Origin: Mobula hypostoma
Taxonomy: Eukaryota
DNA length: 64,000 nt
Direction: 5' to 3'
NCBI RefSeq assembly: GCF_963921235.1
Contig: NC_086097.1
Coordinates: 68,078,001-68,142,000, forward strand
Shown here piece after piece: positions 1-12,499 of this stretch. The first letter of the stretch is position 1, and each line of letters begins with the position of its first letter. The translations under genes were made by a program, and so were the position numbers. Below the pieces are notes generated by a model that saw only the letters and a program-made list of their open reading frames with translations, ran no database searches and was not told where the DNA came from.

Positions 1-150
1 CTGATTGTTTCCTTTTCGGTCAGAGCATCAAGGGATATGGTGAGAAGACAGGTGTATAGAGTTGAGTGGGATCTGGGATCAGCCATGATAGATTGGCAGA
101 GCAGACTTGATGGGCTGAATGGCCTAATGTTGCTCCTATGTCTTGTGGAA
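1..150 (+). mobile_element. CR1-type LINE 3' end fragment
   Basis: 'atcaagggatatgg...gggatcagccatgat...ggcagagcagacttgatgggctgaatggcct' matches the CR1 3' UTR also seen at 44460-44590, and in reverse at 7380-7500. Confidence 0.75.
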
Positions 151-394
151 CCTCCTGGTTCATCCATGACTTTTGATTTGGGAATATACAGCAAGCTTTT
201 GAAGGCACACACGCATCCACAGTCCTTCGATTCAAAGCAGTACTGTAAGTGCTCCTGTGCCTCCCTTGCTCATACCTTCTTGGTGCTCACTACTGAGTCA
301 TCAGTCTCTGCCTATACTCAGGGAGTGGAATTACAACCAGGTGATCAGACTTTCTGAAGTGTGAGCATGGAAACGCACTGCATGCATCCTTGAT

Positions 395-785
395 GGTGGT
401 GTAACAGTAGTGTAACACATTCAAAAAGATAACACCTCAAAAAGGTGACACCCATCATTAAGGACTCCCCCCCCCCGGCACCCAGGACATGCCCCCTTCT
501 CATTGCTACCATCAAGCAGGAGGTACATAAGCCTGAAGGCACACACTCAATGATTCAGGAGCTGCTTCTTCCCCTCTGCCATATGATTTCTGAAAGGACA
601 TTGAGCCCATGAACACTTCTCACTACTTTTTCTGCACTACTTGTATATCTATACTGTATATAAAAAGTTAAATTAAATATTTACTGTTACGAGTTTTTAT
701 TACTATGTATTGCACTGTACTGCTGCTGCATAACACCAAATTTCACAACATATACCAATGATATTAAAGTTGATTCTGACTCAAG
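395..785 (+). mobile_element. Rex1/Babar-type LINE 3' fragment
   Basis: RT C-terminus and 3' UTR 'cacactcaatgattcagga...ttcttcccctctgcc' ending in a 'gattctgac' tail. The same family recurs at 4790-5278, 40390-40625, 48830-49020 and 57040-57340. Confidence 0.7.
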
Positions 786-822
786 AATATTAAAAACAAT
801 TTTATTTGTGCAGTACATGCCT

Positions 823-823
<1 letters not shown>

Positions 824-872
<49 letters not shown>
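824..872. repeat. (CA)n microsatellite
   Basis: Uninterrupted AC run of about 24 units. Confidence 0.98.
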
Positions 873-873
<1 letters not shown>

Positions 874-989
874 CCACATCTTTGGGAAGTGAAACCAATG
901 TGTTCAGGTGCACCACAAATGACTACACCTGTGGATTCAGGGCTCTCAGCCACTTCCTCGTTGGTCAAAAAAGCACACAGCATCTGCAG

Positions 990-2415
990 CTCCTGAGGAG
1001 ACCGAGACGAGTGAGGCTCTCCCACCATCACATTTTAATGAGCACCATCAAGAGTGTCCGGACCAGCTGCATCACCACATCACCACTTGGTAGGGAATTG
1101 CTAGGCAGCTGACTTCAAATCCCCACAAAGGATTGTGAGATAACATACACAAAAAGCACAAAGAGACCAGGGAAGAAAGGAAAGGGGGAGGAGCACCAGA
1201 GGGAGGTGATGGGCAGGTAAGTAGGTAAGATAAGAGGGGGAAACAGGAATGGGGAGTGGGGGGGGGGCAATTACCAGAAGTTAGAAAAATCAATGCTTAT
1301 TCAATCAGGTTGGAGGCTACCCAGGCGGAGTACAAGATGGTTGCTCCTCCAATTTGAGTGTGGCCTCATCATGGCAGTATAGGCCATGGACTGACATGTC
1401 AGAATGGAAATGGGAAGTAGAGTTGAAATGGGTGGCCACCAGGAGATCACACTTTTTGTGGCGGATGGAGCAAAGGTGCTCAGTGAAGCAGTCCCCCAAT
1501 CTAAGTCGGGTTTCACTGATATATCGGAGGCCACACTGGAAGCACTGGATATAGTAGATGATCCCAGCTGGATAATTATAGTAGATGTCACCTCACCTGG
1601 AAGGACTGTTTGGGGCCCTGAATAGTAGTGAAGGAGGAGGTGTAGGGACAGGTGTGGCACTTGTTCCGCTTGCAAGGGTAGATGCTAGCAGGGAGATCAG
1701 TGGGAAGCGACAAGTGGACTAAGGAGTTGTGTAGGGAGCAAGCCCTGCAGAAAGTCCTTCTCTTTCTTCCATGGTCATTTGTTCTATTCTATCAGATTCC
1801 CCCTTCTCCAGCCCTTTACTTCTTTCATCAATCAACTTCCCCCAGATATTTACTTCACCCCTCCCCCTCTCAGTTTCACCTATCACCTGCCACCCTGTAC
1901 TTCTTGCTTCTCTCCTCCCACCTCCTTACTCTGAGTTCTCCCCTTCCTTTTCAATCCTGATGAAGGAACTCAGAACGGACCACTGACTGTTTACTTTTTT
2001 TTTTCCACAGATGCTGTCTGGCTTGCTGAGCTCCGCCAGTATTTTGTGTGTGTTGTTTTGGATTTCCGGCATCTGCGGATTTTCTTGTGTAAAGATTGTG
2101 AGGATCATCGGACTCTCTTCCACCTACTAGAGATATTTATCAGGAGCGCTGCGTACACAGGGTCCTTAGCATGGTCAATGATCCCTCCCATTCATCCAAC
2201 AATCTCTTTGAACCCCTACCATCAGGGAGGAGGTTCCATAGCATTAGGACAAGAACTGTTAGGCTTCTTCCCCCACGCCACAAGACAACTGAACTCCCTG
2301 CCATCATCCAGGACTCAGCATGTATGAATCTTTGTACTGTTTTGTGCACTTGGTCCAGAGGAACATTGTCTTATTTGATGGCATGCATGTGTCTGGTTAA
2401 GTCACAATAAATGAA
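990..2415 (+). mobile_element. Rex1/Babar LINE fragment (990-1139 and 2091-2415) split by a Penelope-like insertion
   Basis: Decayed 'TIKSVRTSCIT' and 'LFEPLPSGRRFHSIRTRT' RT C-terminal motifs either side. Target duplicated as aaaggattgtgag (1127-1139) and aaagattgtgag (2091-2102). Confidence 0.7.
1140..2090. mobile_element. Penelope-like element remnant: minus-strand GIY-YIG C-terminus joined to a plus-strand pseudo-LTR (inverted arrangement)
   Basis: Minus ORF 1317..1499 'FTEHLCSIRHKKCDLLVATHFNSTSHFHSDMSVHGL' parallels ORF 10248..10724. Plus-strand pLTR carries a decayed CTGATGA core at 1957. Confidence 0.8.
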
Positions 2416-2474
2416 CTTAATATCAAGTCACAAGCACAGCAAAATCCAGAGTAGGGAAATAACAATATAACTAC

Positions 2475-2504
2475 CTTACTTATTCCAGCTGTGGCACGAG
2501 GCAG
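2475..2504 (-). other. Candidate 30-nt (or 25-nt) microexon of an unidentified host gene
   Basis: Minus strand reads ctctctgacttcctttcag|CTGCCTCGTGCCACAGCTGGAATAAGTAAG|gtagtt, with an alternative donor TAA|gtaagg 5 nt earlier. The 30-nt form reads LPRATAGISK in phase 0. It lies in non-repetitive sequence. Confidence 0.35.
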
Positions 2505-2840
2505 CTGAAAGGAAGTCAGAGAGTGGAACATTTAATATATAACTGATGAAAAAATGACACACATCCATTTATCATTTTTGGGATATAAGTATTTGGCTAT
2601 ATTTTAAATGGCCTCTGTCCAAAGAATTCCACATATGCATGGGGATTTTCTGTATGGTATTGGATAATTATTCAGCAGAGGGAAGGCATGGGGTTCAAAA
2701 TATGGATGAATAATTAGATAGGTGGCAATTGTTTGGGAACGGTGTGCTGAAGATTTAACAAAAAAGAACATGCAAAATATTGGGTGGGGGGGGAGAATGA
2801 AAAATTATTAACTTCCACATAATGTTATTAAAAAAAAACA

Positions 2841-2912
2841 AAATTATCCTGCTTCACCTGTTCATTCTCATATTGGTCAAATTATCCTGCTTCACCTGTT
2901 CATTCTCATATT
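2841..2912. repeat. Local tandem duplication, 34-bp identical core with 38-bp period
   Basis: aaattatcctgcttcacctgttcattctcatatt occurs at 2841 and again at 2879. Confidence 0.95.
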
Positions 2913-4190
2913 TCTCATACTGCTCACAGGTCAATAGCTCCATCACAAATTTCTTCAGGGCTTCCACTAATCTGCTGCTGTAACTGTGGTGAAGAGCAGT
3001 GCTTGTACCTACTGGCTTCTTTCAATCAGTGAACTATTTCTGCAATCTCCTTCCAGAACAGTGCATGTGAGATTTTCAGAGTTCACGTTCATGTAAATAA
3101 AAGTTAATCATTTTTATGTAAATAAACCATCCTGGAAATCAGTGATTTGCTCAGTCTTCCCAAATTAATAGGGAGAAGATAATGACACTGTATTAACCTT
3201 CCTAGCTTATTATCCAGCCTCTACATTGTAAAGAAAATGCATTTACTCAGAAAAGAAAGGATACTCAATGTCAAAGAAAGTGGATATTGTGTAAAATGGG
3301 TTGGAGATTTGCTCTCTCCTGTTTAATGCTAACAACAAATAACAATTTCAGTTCCTTGGTACCCTACATCAAATAGAATTACCATTATAATATTGTACAG
3401 AGGACAACATACTAGATTGTGGAAAACAATTTTGACTTTTTTTCTGATTAACGCAATTTATAGCATGCCTCTACAGCTTTGGCCACCTACATTTTCTTCT
3501 CTGTTGGTACTTATGAGCCGTAAATCAATACATAAAAGAATTTCTCAGGAAAAAAAAGTTAGTTCTCTAAATTGGTATCAAATTGTTGCAATTCTAGGCA
3601 GAATTACTGCATAGATTTCGAAATGTTTCAGACTTATCAGGGTATCTACAAAGCTAATGCACTTTTGCAAAATTGCAAGGATTTAATTGCCAATTACCTT
3701 ACATCACATACGTAGCACTAGCATTTCATTTCATTTATTTCATTGCTTTGATAAGGTTACAGTGACCTATGAATATCTATTAAGTACTGTATCACTTGAT
3801 CTGGTGTCATATGTAAAGCTTTCTCTGATAGCTTATCTCTTTATACATCAAAATACATACTATTGCAAATCACAAAAAAACAATTCTTATATATTAGATC
3901 ATGAGAGAAGTTCATTTCTTACTTTCTTGACAATACTGCCAAAACAAAACATTTTTTGCACATTTTCATTGCTGTCAGATTTTAGGTTCCTAGTTATTAT
4001 AATGCGCATAGCAACTCCAAGTCATTGTTAACTTGCATAAACATATTCTCCAGTATACAATTTACTATAACTTGAAGGTAAATGATACTGGTATATACAA
4101 GATATTAAACAAACAACAATCAGAGATAATTGATGTACTGCCTATGAAATCACTAATAGCTAGTCAAATTACAATATTTCAAATACTTAC

Positions 4191-4224
4191 CTGGCGATAA
4201 AATACTTCCGGATATCCTGAGATT
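4191..4224 (-). other. Candidate 34-nt internal exon of an unidentified host gene
   Basis: Minus strand reads cattttcattgcaactttcag|AATCTCAGGATATCCGGAAGTATTTTATCGCCAG|gtaagtat. Consensus CAG|GTAAGT donor, pyrimidine-rich acceptor, no stop in any frame, and two CpGs in a CpG-poor context. Confidence 0.55.
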
Positions 4225-4289
4225 CTGAAAGTTGCAATGAAAATGCGAGGTATTTTTCTATCTATATGCTACTAAAATAACTAGAACTA

Positions 4290-5460
4290 CAACACCTCAG
4301 CTATCCTCAATGTGTAAAAGTACCCTTCAGGTCTTCATTAAATTTCTCCCATCTCAGCTTGAACCTGTACCCTCCAATTCTATACTGCCTTGTCCTGTGA
4401 AAAAGACACCAACTATCTATGCTCATCAAAATTTTATAAATTTCTATAAGGTCACCCCTCTACATTCTGGTGAGAATAAAGAGAGCCTGTTCAATCACCC
4501 CTTATGACTACAGCTCCACCTTCCAGGCAACATCCTGGTGAATCTTCCTGCAACCTCACAATTGTTACCATATCCTTCCTGTTATGTGGCGACTGGAACT
4601 GTATATAATACTACAAGTACAGTCTAAGCAATGTTTCATACAGCCACAACATGATCTCCCAACTATTATACTCAATCCTTCAGTATGTGAAAGCAAGCAT
4701 ATTAAATGCCTTCTTCATGATTCTATCCTCCCACATTGCCACTTTCAGTAAGTTAAGGACATACATAGCAAGGTCCTTCTGTACATCAAAGTCACCAAAG
4801 ACTTTTGCAAATTTCTATAGATGTATCATGGAGAGCATTCTAACTCATTGCAGCACCACCTAGCGTGGAGGGGACACTGAACAGGATTGGAAAAAGCTGC
4901 AGTAAGTTGCCAATTCAGCCAGCTCTATCATGAGCATCAAAATGGGATGAGTCAGAAAGGCTGCGTCCATCATTAAGTACACCCATCACCCAAGACATGT
5001 CTGCTTCTCGTTGCTCCACCAAGGAGCCTGAAAACACACACTCAACATTTTAGCAACAGTTTCTTTTCCTCCGTCATAAGATTTCTGAACAGACAATGAA
5101 CCCTTGTACCCTACCTCACTATCTCTTTCTTTTTGGCTCTCTTTGTCATACTTACTTAATTTTTATATACATTTTCTTAATGTAATTAGTTTTCTATTGC
5201 ACTGTACTGCTGATGCAAAACAACAAATTTCACGACATCTGCCAGTGATATTAAACTTGGTTCTGATTCTGATTCTCAAGATCCCTGCCATTTATCCTAT
5301 ATATCCCTTCAGAATTTGATTTACCAAAGTGCATTACATTATACTAATCTGGATAAAATTCCATGTGCCATTGCTTTGTCAAACTTTCCAGTTCACCTAT
5401 ATCCCCTTGTATTCTCAGACAACCTTCTCTACCAATTTTCATGTTACAAATGAAAACTTA
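4290..5460 (-). mobile_element. Old CR1 fragment interrupted by a plus-strand Rex1/Babar fragment (about 4790-5278)
   Basis: Antisense CR1 text resembles 40833-42178. The insert encodes 'SPKTFANFYRCIMESILTHCSTT' and ends in a (gattct)n tail. Confidence 0.7.
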
Positions 5461-7374
5461 CAAATTAGACTGTTGTGACTATGATCGAAGTCACCAGAGA
5501 GACACTGAAGCTGGTGACAAATAAAGACCTCTATATCATGACAAGTAGGCATTCTTCTGGAGAACCTCGTGGTAGAGTCTCCAAACTCAAAAATACATCA
5601 CATTTTAATACCCTTAAGATCAATAGTAACAGGAGATTCAATGCAATCTCAGTTATAATGACGCTGTTTACTTCAATATTTTGAGTTGACAACACTTCCT
5701 TTGCATTACATATCTACAGTGGGAAACACCTCTGAATGTTCAAGCACCCTTGCTGGGACAAAATTATTGACATAGATGGAATGAGTCTGCTCTACAAGCT
5801 TTCTTGAACTTTAAGTTACTTAAACCCATCGTTGCCTGGAGTGATGCATACCCCATTGTCTTAACGATTGGCTGACGTATATGCAAAATCTCAGTCACCA
5901 TTTTGCAAGCTATATCTCTTAGTTTGTGGACCAACCTGTTCTTTTAACTTCAAATTACTGCTTGCAATTTGCATTACAAATTCATGACTAGTTCTTGCTT
6001 GAATGAATATTTGCTATACTGTATTCGCATAACTCCAAAATACTCCTTAACATAGACCATGGATATTCGCATCCAAGTCATTTACATACATTACAAACAT
6101 CGAAGATGTCAGCACCAATCCCTGTAGCACAACACTTGTTACAACATCCTCTAGCTCATTTATTGACCAGAAACTTAATGGAATTTGATGTGGAGCAAGT
6201 GAGAGGCTGAGCAATGCGGATTTGAGTGCCTCATCTCCTGACACTCCAGAGGTTTCCACCATCTTTCTATTAAAAAGACAAAGCAAAAGTCAGGACCATG
6301 AAAGAAGATTCTCCACTTACATTATCAGCAACAGCACTTCCCATAAAAATAATAAACAAGAGAGAAGCTGAATTAATTTTTCATATCAATTGCCTTTCAT
6401 CAATTACAATGAAAGGTCATTATCCTAATATTAATCTAATATTAATTGTTTCTTTCCCTACAGATGTTACCTGAACTATTCAACATTTCTTGCATTTTAT
6501 TTTGTAATTCATTGCCTAGAATAAGCACCTGGCAGAATCAACACCATGGTTGCCTGAATGAATTCAAGTACTTTTAAATGATATAGATGGATATTCAAAT
6601 TTGTAGCCTTTTTTGAAAGCTATTTAGTGTGACTTTCCTAATTTATTGATATGATTTTGGGAAGTTTTGGGTAATGCAGCAATGCCTGAAAATAATTATC
6701 ACTAAGAATCAACTATAATTTAAATATTTACAACTTCTTCCTTAACTGCTGAAAGCTTATAAAGGAAGACACAAGGAGGAGCAACTTCGCCTTTGTAAGA
6801 GCTTTGGAAATGACAGTGCTTTTTTTTTTGAGGCTGCAGAGTGACATGGCTGTTGTCAATTTGAAATAAGTGATGAGATATTCATCCCAAATATAATAAT
6901 AGATGGCACAAGATAAAAGGTGGCCATCAAGGAAACCAAGAGGCACTACAGCCAGATGAGAAAAAAACATCATGCCGCAAACAATCTCCATAGGAATGAG
7001 TGAACTGTCTTGGCAAGAACAAAGAGAAGTTAAGTAACATGAAGGGAAAAGATAAGAAAGGCTAAAATTAAAGGATTAAATCATAGTATTATAGAGATTT
7101 TGTGGTGTATAATCGTTAGCATAGATCAGCAAGGATGAATAGCTTGTTTCTGTCATGTAAATTTTGCTTTTATTTTCTCTTCTTATAGAGTCCCTCAGGA
7201 TTGAGGATGATTTGTTTACAAGTCATTGCAGTATAGTGGGTTTTCAAGTACAAAATATGACTTAAACACAATCCATAGATTGCCAAAAATGGACAGGTGG
7301 CACTTGATGGTGTGAGAGGATTGTTTAGGTTATTGCACATTCTTTTCCTTGTGTGTGCTTGGCCTCCACATGAC

Positions 7375-9217
7375 CATAAGACATAGAAGAATTAGGCCAT
7401 TCAGCACATCAAGTCTGCTCCACCATTCCATCACAGCTGATCCTGGAACCCCTCGAACCCATACACCTGCCTTCACGCCATAATCCTTTGATGCCCTGAT
7501 TGATCAGGATACACTCAACTTCGGCCTCAAATATACCCATGGACAGCCTCCAGTGCAGTCTGTGGCAGAGCACTCTGGCTAAAAAAAAATCTCCTTACCT
7601 CTGTTCTAAAGGGTCGTCCCTTAATTTTGAGGGTGTGCCCTCTAGTTCTGGATAAGCCCACCACAGGAAACATCCTCTCCACATCCAGCTTCTCTACTTC
7701 TTTGAATATTGGGTAGGTTTCAATAAAAATCCCCCACAATGTTCTAAATTCCAGTGAGTACAGGCCCAAAGCTGCCAAACGCCCCTCATGTTAACCCCTT
7801 CATTCCCAGAATCATCCTCGTGAACCTCCTCTGACTTTCTCCGTTGACAACATATCCTTTCTGAGATATGGGGCCCAAAACCCTTGACAATACTCTAAGT
7901 GTGGACTGACTAGTGTCTTATATAGGCTCAGCATTATCTCCTTGTTTTTATATTCTATTCCCTTTGAAATAAATGCCAACATTGCATTTGCCTTCTTGAC
8001 TACAAACTCAACCTGTAAATTAATCTCCTGGGAGTCTTGAACAAGGACTCCCAAGTCTCTCTGCACCTCTGATGTTTGAACCTTCTCCTTATTTAGATAA
8101 TAGTCTGCACTATTGTTCCTTTATCAAAATGTATTATCATACATTTCCCAACACTACATTCCATCTGCCAGCTTTTAGCCCATTCTTCCAATTTGTCTAA
8201 GGCCTGCTGCAATTGTATTGTTTCCGCAGTACTACCTACCCCTCCACCTATCTTCATATCATCCACAAACTTTGCCACAAAGCCTTCGATTCCATTGTCT
8301 AAATCACTGACAAACAATGTGAAAAGCAGCAGTCCCAATACTGACCCCTGAGAAACACCACTAGTCAGTAGCAGCCAACCAGAAAATGCCCCTTTTATTC
8401 CCATTCGCTGCCTCCTGCCTGTCAGCCATTCCGCTATCTATGACAGTGTCTTTCCTGTAACACCATAGGATTTTATCTTGTTAACCAGCCTCATGTGTGG
8501 CACCTTATTAAACGCCTTCTGAAAATCCAAATAAATAACATCCACTGTCTCTCCTTTGTCCACCCTGCTTGTAATTTTCTCAAAGAACTCTAACAGATTG
8601 GCCAGGTAAAATTTCTCTTTACAGAAATCATGTTGACTTTGACTTACTTTATCATTAGTCTCCAAGTACCCCGAAACTTCATCCTTAATAACAGGCTCCA
8701 AGACATTCCCAACCACATCGGTTAGGCTAACTGACCTATAATTTCCTTTCTTTTGTCTTCTTCACTTCTTAAAGAGTAGAGTGACATTTGTGATCTTCCA
8801 GTCCTCCGCGACCAGGCCAGGATCAAGTGATTCTTCAAAGATCATCCATTATCTCTTCAACAACCTCTCTCAGGCTCTGGAATATAGTCCATCTGGCTGA
8901 GGTGGCTTATTCATTTTAAGACCTTTGAGTTTTCCCTTTGTAATAGCAATGGCTCTCACTCCTGCTTCCTGACATTCACAGACCGCTGGCACACTGCTAA
9001 TGTCTTCCACAGTGAGGACAGATGCTAAGTACCCATTTAGTTCATCTGCCATTTCTTTGTCCCCCATTACTACATCACCAGCTTCTTTTTCCAGAGGTTT
9101 AATATCAATTCTCACCTCCCTTTTACCCTTTATATAACTGAAAAAACTTTTGGTATCCTGCTTTATATTATTTTCTGTCTAGATATTTCATCCTTTCCCT
9201 TCTTATAGCTTTTTTTT
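7375..9217 (-). mobile_element. CR1 LINE ORF2 (RT) and 3' UTR, frameshifted; continues at 10964-11345
   Basis: ORFs 8438..8716 (VDVIYLDFQKAFNKVPH), 8093..8404 (SGVSQGSVLG, KFVDDMKIGG), 7812..8066 (LYKTLVSPHLEYC) and 7527..7778 (RTRGHTLKI). Confidence 0.92.
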
Positions 9218-10963
9218 CAGAGCCACGGTCTGAAACTTTTCGATGATTTTAAGTTCCCTGGCCCCCACCACTTTATTTTCACCATGGATGTCCAGTCCCT
9301 ATATACTACCATCCCCCATCAGGAAGGTCTCAAAGCTCTCCGCTTCTTTTTGGATTCCAGACCTAACTAGTTCCCCTCTACCACCACTCTGCTCCGTCCA
9401 GCGACATTAGTCCTTACTCTTAATAATTTCTCCTTTGACTCCTCCCACTTCCTCCAAACTAAACGTGTAGCCATGGGCACCCATATGGGTCCCAGCTATG
9501 CCTGCCTTTTTGTTGGCTTTGTGGAACAATCTATGTTCCAAACCTATTCTGGTATCTGCCCCCACTTTTCCTTCGCTACATCGACGACTGCATTGGCGCT
9601 GCTTCCTGCACACATGCTGAGCTCGTTGACTTCATTAACTTTGCCTCCAACTTTCACCCTGCCCTCAAATTTACCTGTTCCATTTCTGACACCTCCCTCC
9701 CCTTTTTAGATCTTTCTGTCTCTGGAGACAGCTTATCTACTCCTGTCTGCTATAAGCCTACTGACTCTCACAGCTATCAAGACTGTTCCTCTTCTCACCC
9801 TGTCTCTTGCAAAAATGCCATCCCCTTCTCGCAGTTCCTCTGTCTCCGCCGCATCTGCTCTCAGGATGAGGCTTTTCATTCCAGGACGAAGGAGGTGTCC
9901 TCCTTTTTTAAAGAAAGGGGCTTCCCTTCCTCCACCAACAACTCTGCTCTCAAACGCATCTCCCCCATTTCACGCACATCTGTTCTCACTCCATCCTCCC
10001 GCCACCCCACTAGGAATAGGGTTCCCCTTGCCCTCACCTACCACCCTACCAGCCTCCGGGTCCAACATATAATGCTCCGTAACTTCCGTCACCTCCAACG
10101 GGATCCCACTACTAAGCACATCTTTCCCTCCCCTCCGTCCCCACCGATCTCTCTCCTGGCACTTATCCTTGTAAGCGGAACAAGTGCTACACATGCCCTT
10201 ACACTTCCTCCCTCACCACCATTCAGGGCCCCAGACAGTCCTTCCAGGTGAGGCGACACTTCACCTGTGAGTCGGCTGGGGTGATATACTGCGTCCGGTG
10301 CTCCCGATGCTGCCTTCTATATATTGGCGAGACCCGACATAGACTGGGAGATCATTTCGCTGAACACCTACGCTCTTTCCGCCAGAGAAAGCAGGATCTC
10401 CCAGTGGCCACACATTTTAATTCCACGTCCCATTCCCATTCTGATATGTCTATCCACAGCCTCTTCTACTGTAAAGATGAAGCCACACTCAGGTTGGAGG
10501 AACAAAACCTTATATTCCGTCTGGGTAGCCTCCAACCTGATGGCATGAACATTGACTTCTCAAACTTCCGCTATGCCCCACCTCCCCCTCGTACTCCATC
10601 TGTTATTTATTTATTTATATACACACATTCTTTTTCTCTCTCTCCTTTTTCTCCCTCTGTCCCTCTCACTATACCCCTTGCCCATCCTCTGGGCTTCCCC
10701 CCTTCCCCTTTTCTTTCTCCCTAGGCCTCCTGTCCCATGATCCTCTCATATCCCTTTTGCCAATCAACTGTCCAGCTCTTGGCTCCATCCCTCCCCCTCC
10801 TGTCTTCTTCTATCATTTCGGATCTCCCCCTCTCCCTCTCAAATCTCTTACTAGCTCTTCTTTCAGTTAGTCCTGATGAAGGGTCTCGGCCCGAAACGTC
10901 TACTGTACCTCTTCCTAGAGATGCTGCCTGGCTTGCTGCGTTCACCAGCAACTTTTATGTGTG
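9218..10963 (+). mobile_element. 5'-truncated Penelope-like element (RT, Cys linker, GIY-YIG, pseudo-LTR), probably Neptune-type, with stops and frameshifts
   Basis: MDVQSLYTTIPHQEGL, AMGTHMGPSYACLFVGFVE, FLRYIDD (about 9570), linker PCKRNKCYTCP (about 10170), and GIY-YIG VIYCVRCSRCCLLYIGET..RLGDHFAEH. Inserted into CR1 at an approximate tagctt(T)n duplication. Confidence 0.93.
10869..10904 (+). ncRNA. Minimal type I hammerhead ribozyme motif in the Penelope pseudo-LTR
   Basis: agtc-CTGATGA-a-GGGT(ctcg)GCCC-GAAA-C-GTC^tact. Catalytic boxes, 4-bp stem II, palindromic ACGT stem III and a GUC triplet. Other copies have gact, which closes stem I. Confidence 0.8.
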
Positions 10964-11345
10964 TAGCTTCTTTTTTTAGTTGCCTTTTGTTGGATTTTAA
11001 ATGCTTCCCAGTCATCCAACTTCCACTCACTTTTGTTACCTTATACGACCTTTCCTTGTCTTTTATGCAGTCCTTAACTTCCTTTCTCAACCTACCCCCG
11101 CCAGTTGAGAACTTCTCCCTCGGTGGGACATCATAAGCGGCGGGATAGTTTACTATTTGCAGAAACTTCAGCCATCTCTGCTCTGCCGTCATCCCCTCCA
11201 GTAACCCCCCTCCAATCCACCTGGGCAAGGTGCTCTCTTGTGCCTCTGTAATTCCCTTTATTCCATTGCGACATAGATACATGTGTGTTATGCTTCTCCC
11301 TTTCAAATTGCAGTATGAATTTAATTATATTATGATCACTGCTTG
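10964..11345 (-). mobile_element. CR1 ORF2 upstream continuation
   Basis: Minus ORF 10863..11306 (AEQRWLKFLQIV..KEVKDCIKDKERSYK) continues the 7375-9217 element across the Penelope insertion. Confidence 0.8.
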
Positions 11346-11841
11346 GCAGGACATATTCAAATTTTTCAGTGGCTTCCCAGATTTTTCAGTGCCTACATAT
11401 GGAACGTTGTAGGCTCAAATCTCATACACCACGGTGCAAAGTACAAACATCCAAGCTGATGTCCCAGTGCTATAATGAGGAAATGGTGCTTAGTTATAGG
11501 TGTTGCCTCTCAAATAGGAAATGGAACAAGTATTCTCCTGATCATTTAAGAGGGCTGTAAGTGGTCTGTAACTGAGGCCTTAATGCAAAAATTGTCTTTA
11601 CTGCTTCTAATTGCTCTTTCAAAAGGCCTTTTCAATTACTTCTAAATGCTCTGGTTATTTAGAAAGTTGTAAAAACATGAGTTGAATAAAATTTAAAAAA
11701 ATATTAAAAATTCAAAATAATAAGTGAACTTAAAAACATTCAACTTGATGTTAATTAAATTAAAACCTTAATTGAAATAAGATAAAAAGTCAACACACCT
11801 TTTAACAAGGCTTTCATCATTAGAAGCAAAGATCCACCCGC

Positions 11842-12450
11842 CACTCCAGTGATGAATATTTGTTATTTGTCAAGTAGGGTGCCGTGCACAATTCTGATTT
11901 GATGGAGGCAGACGTGAGAGCATGGAGGAATATCTGGTGAAACTTCTGAAATGCCTGTTTCACTGCCGCTGCTACTGTGTGATCCGAAATCTCTGGAGGG
12001 GAAGGCCCTGAATCCTGGCTTTGCTTGTTGCTTGGCAGCTGGGGTGGGTTCGAAGCGCAAGGCAGAGATGGTGCTCAGTGCTCGGTGTCGGAGGGCTGGT
12101 CGGAGGCTCGAAGTTTTCGAACAGACTCAGAGTTGGGTGCTTCCAGGATGCTGCATCGGCAAGTTTGCAGCGCTGGAAGCTCATGACAGGGAGAGGTTCT
12201 CCTTTCTACCCTCTGCGTGAGATGATGGAGCTATAAGGACTTTGAGACTTTTTTTTACCGTGCCCATGGTCTGCTCTTATCAAATTACGGTATTGCTTTA
12301 CACTGTTGTAATTATGTGGTTTTTGTCAGTTTTAGTCTTGGTCTGTCCTGTGTTTCTGTGATATCATACTGGAGGAACATTGTATCATTTTTAATGCATA
12401 CATTTCTAAATGACAATAAACGACAACTGAGTGTCCTCATAATCTAATCT
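11842..12450 (+). mobile_element. Unclassified ~610-bp non-coding interspersed element, copy 1
   Basis: Highly similar to the inverted copy at 13886-14519. Ends aataaa...cataatctaatct. Confidence 0.8.
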
Positions 12451-12499
12451 GGCAACATTCTGTTGCAAGTAACAAAACCAGCTTTTAGAAATAATAATA

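Noticed and set aside
687..1031. ORFs with (CV)n or (TH)n repeats
   Set aside because: They are translations of the (CA)n microsatellite.
3393..4031. Hydrophobic ORFs in AT-rich unique DNA, also 18829..19272 and 33012..33317
   Set aside because: Composition-driven chance ORFs with no recognisable domain or splice support.
10248..10724. GIY-YIG ORF as a domesticated or active nuclease gene
   Set aside because: It is part of a 5'-truncated Penelope copy whose RT has a stop (about 9368) and frameshifts, and it has no independent promoter or ATG.
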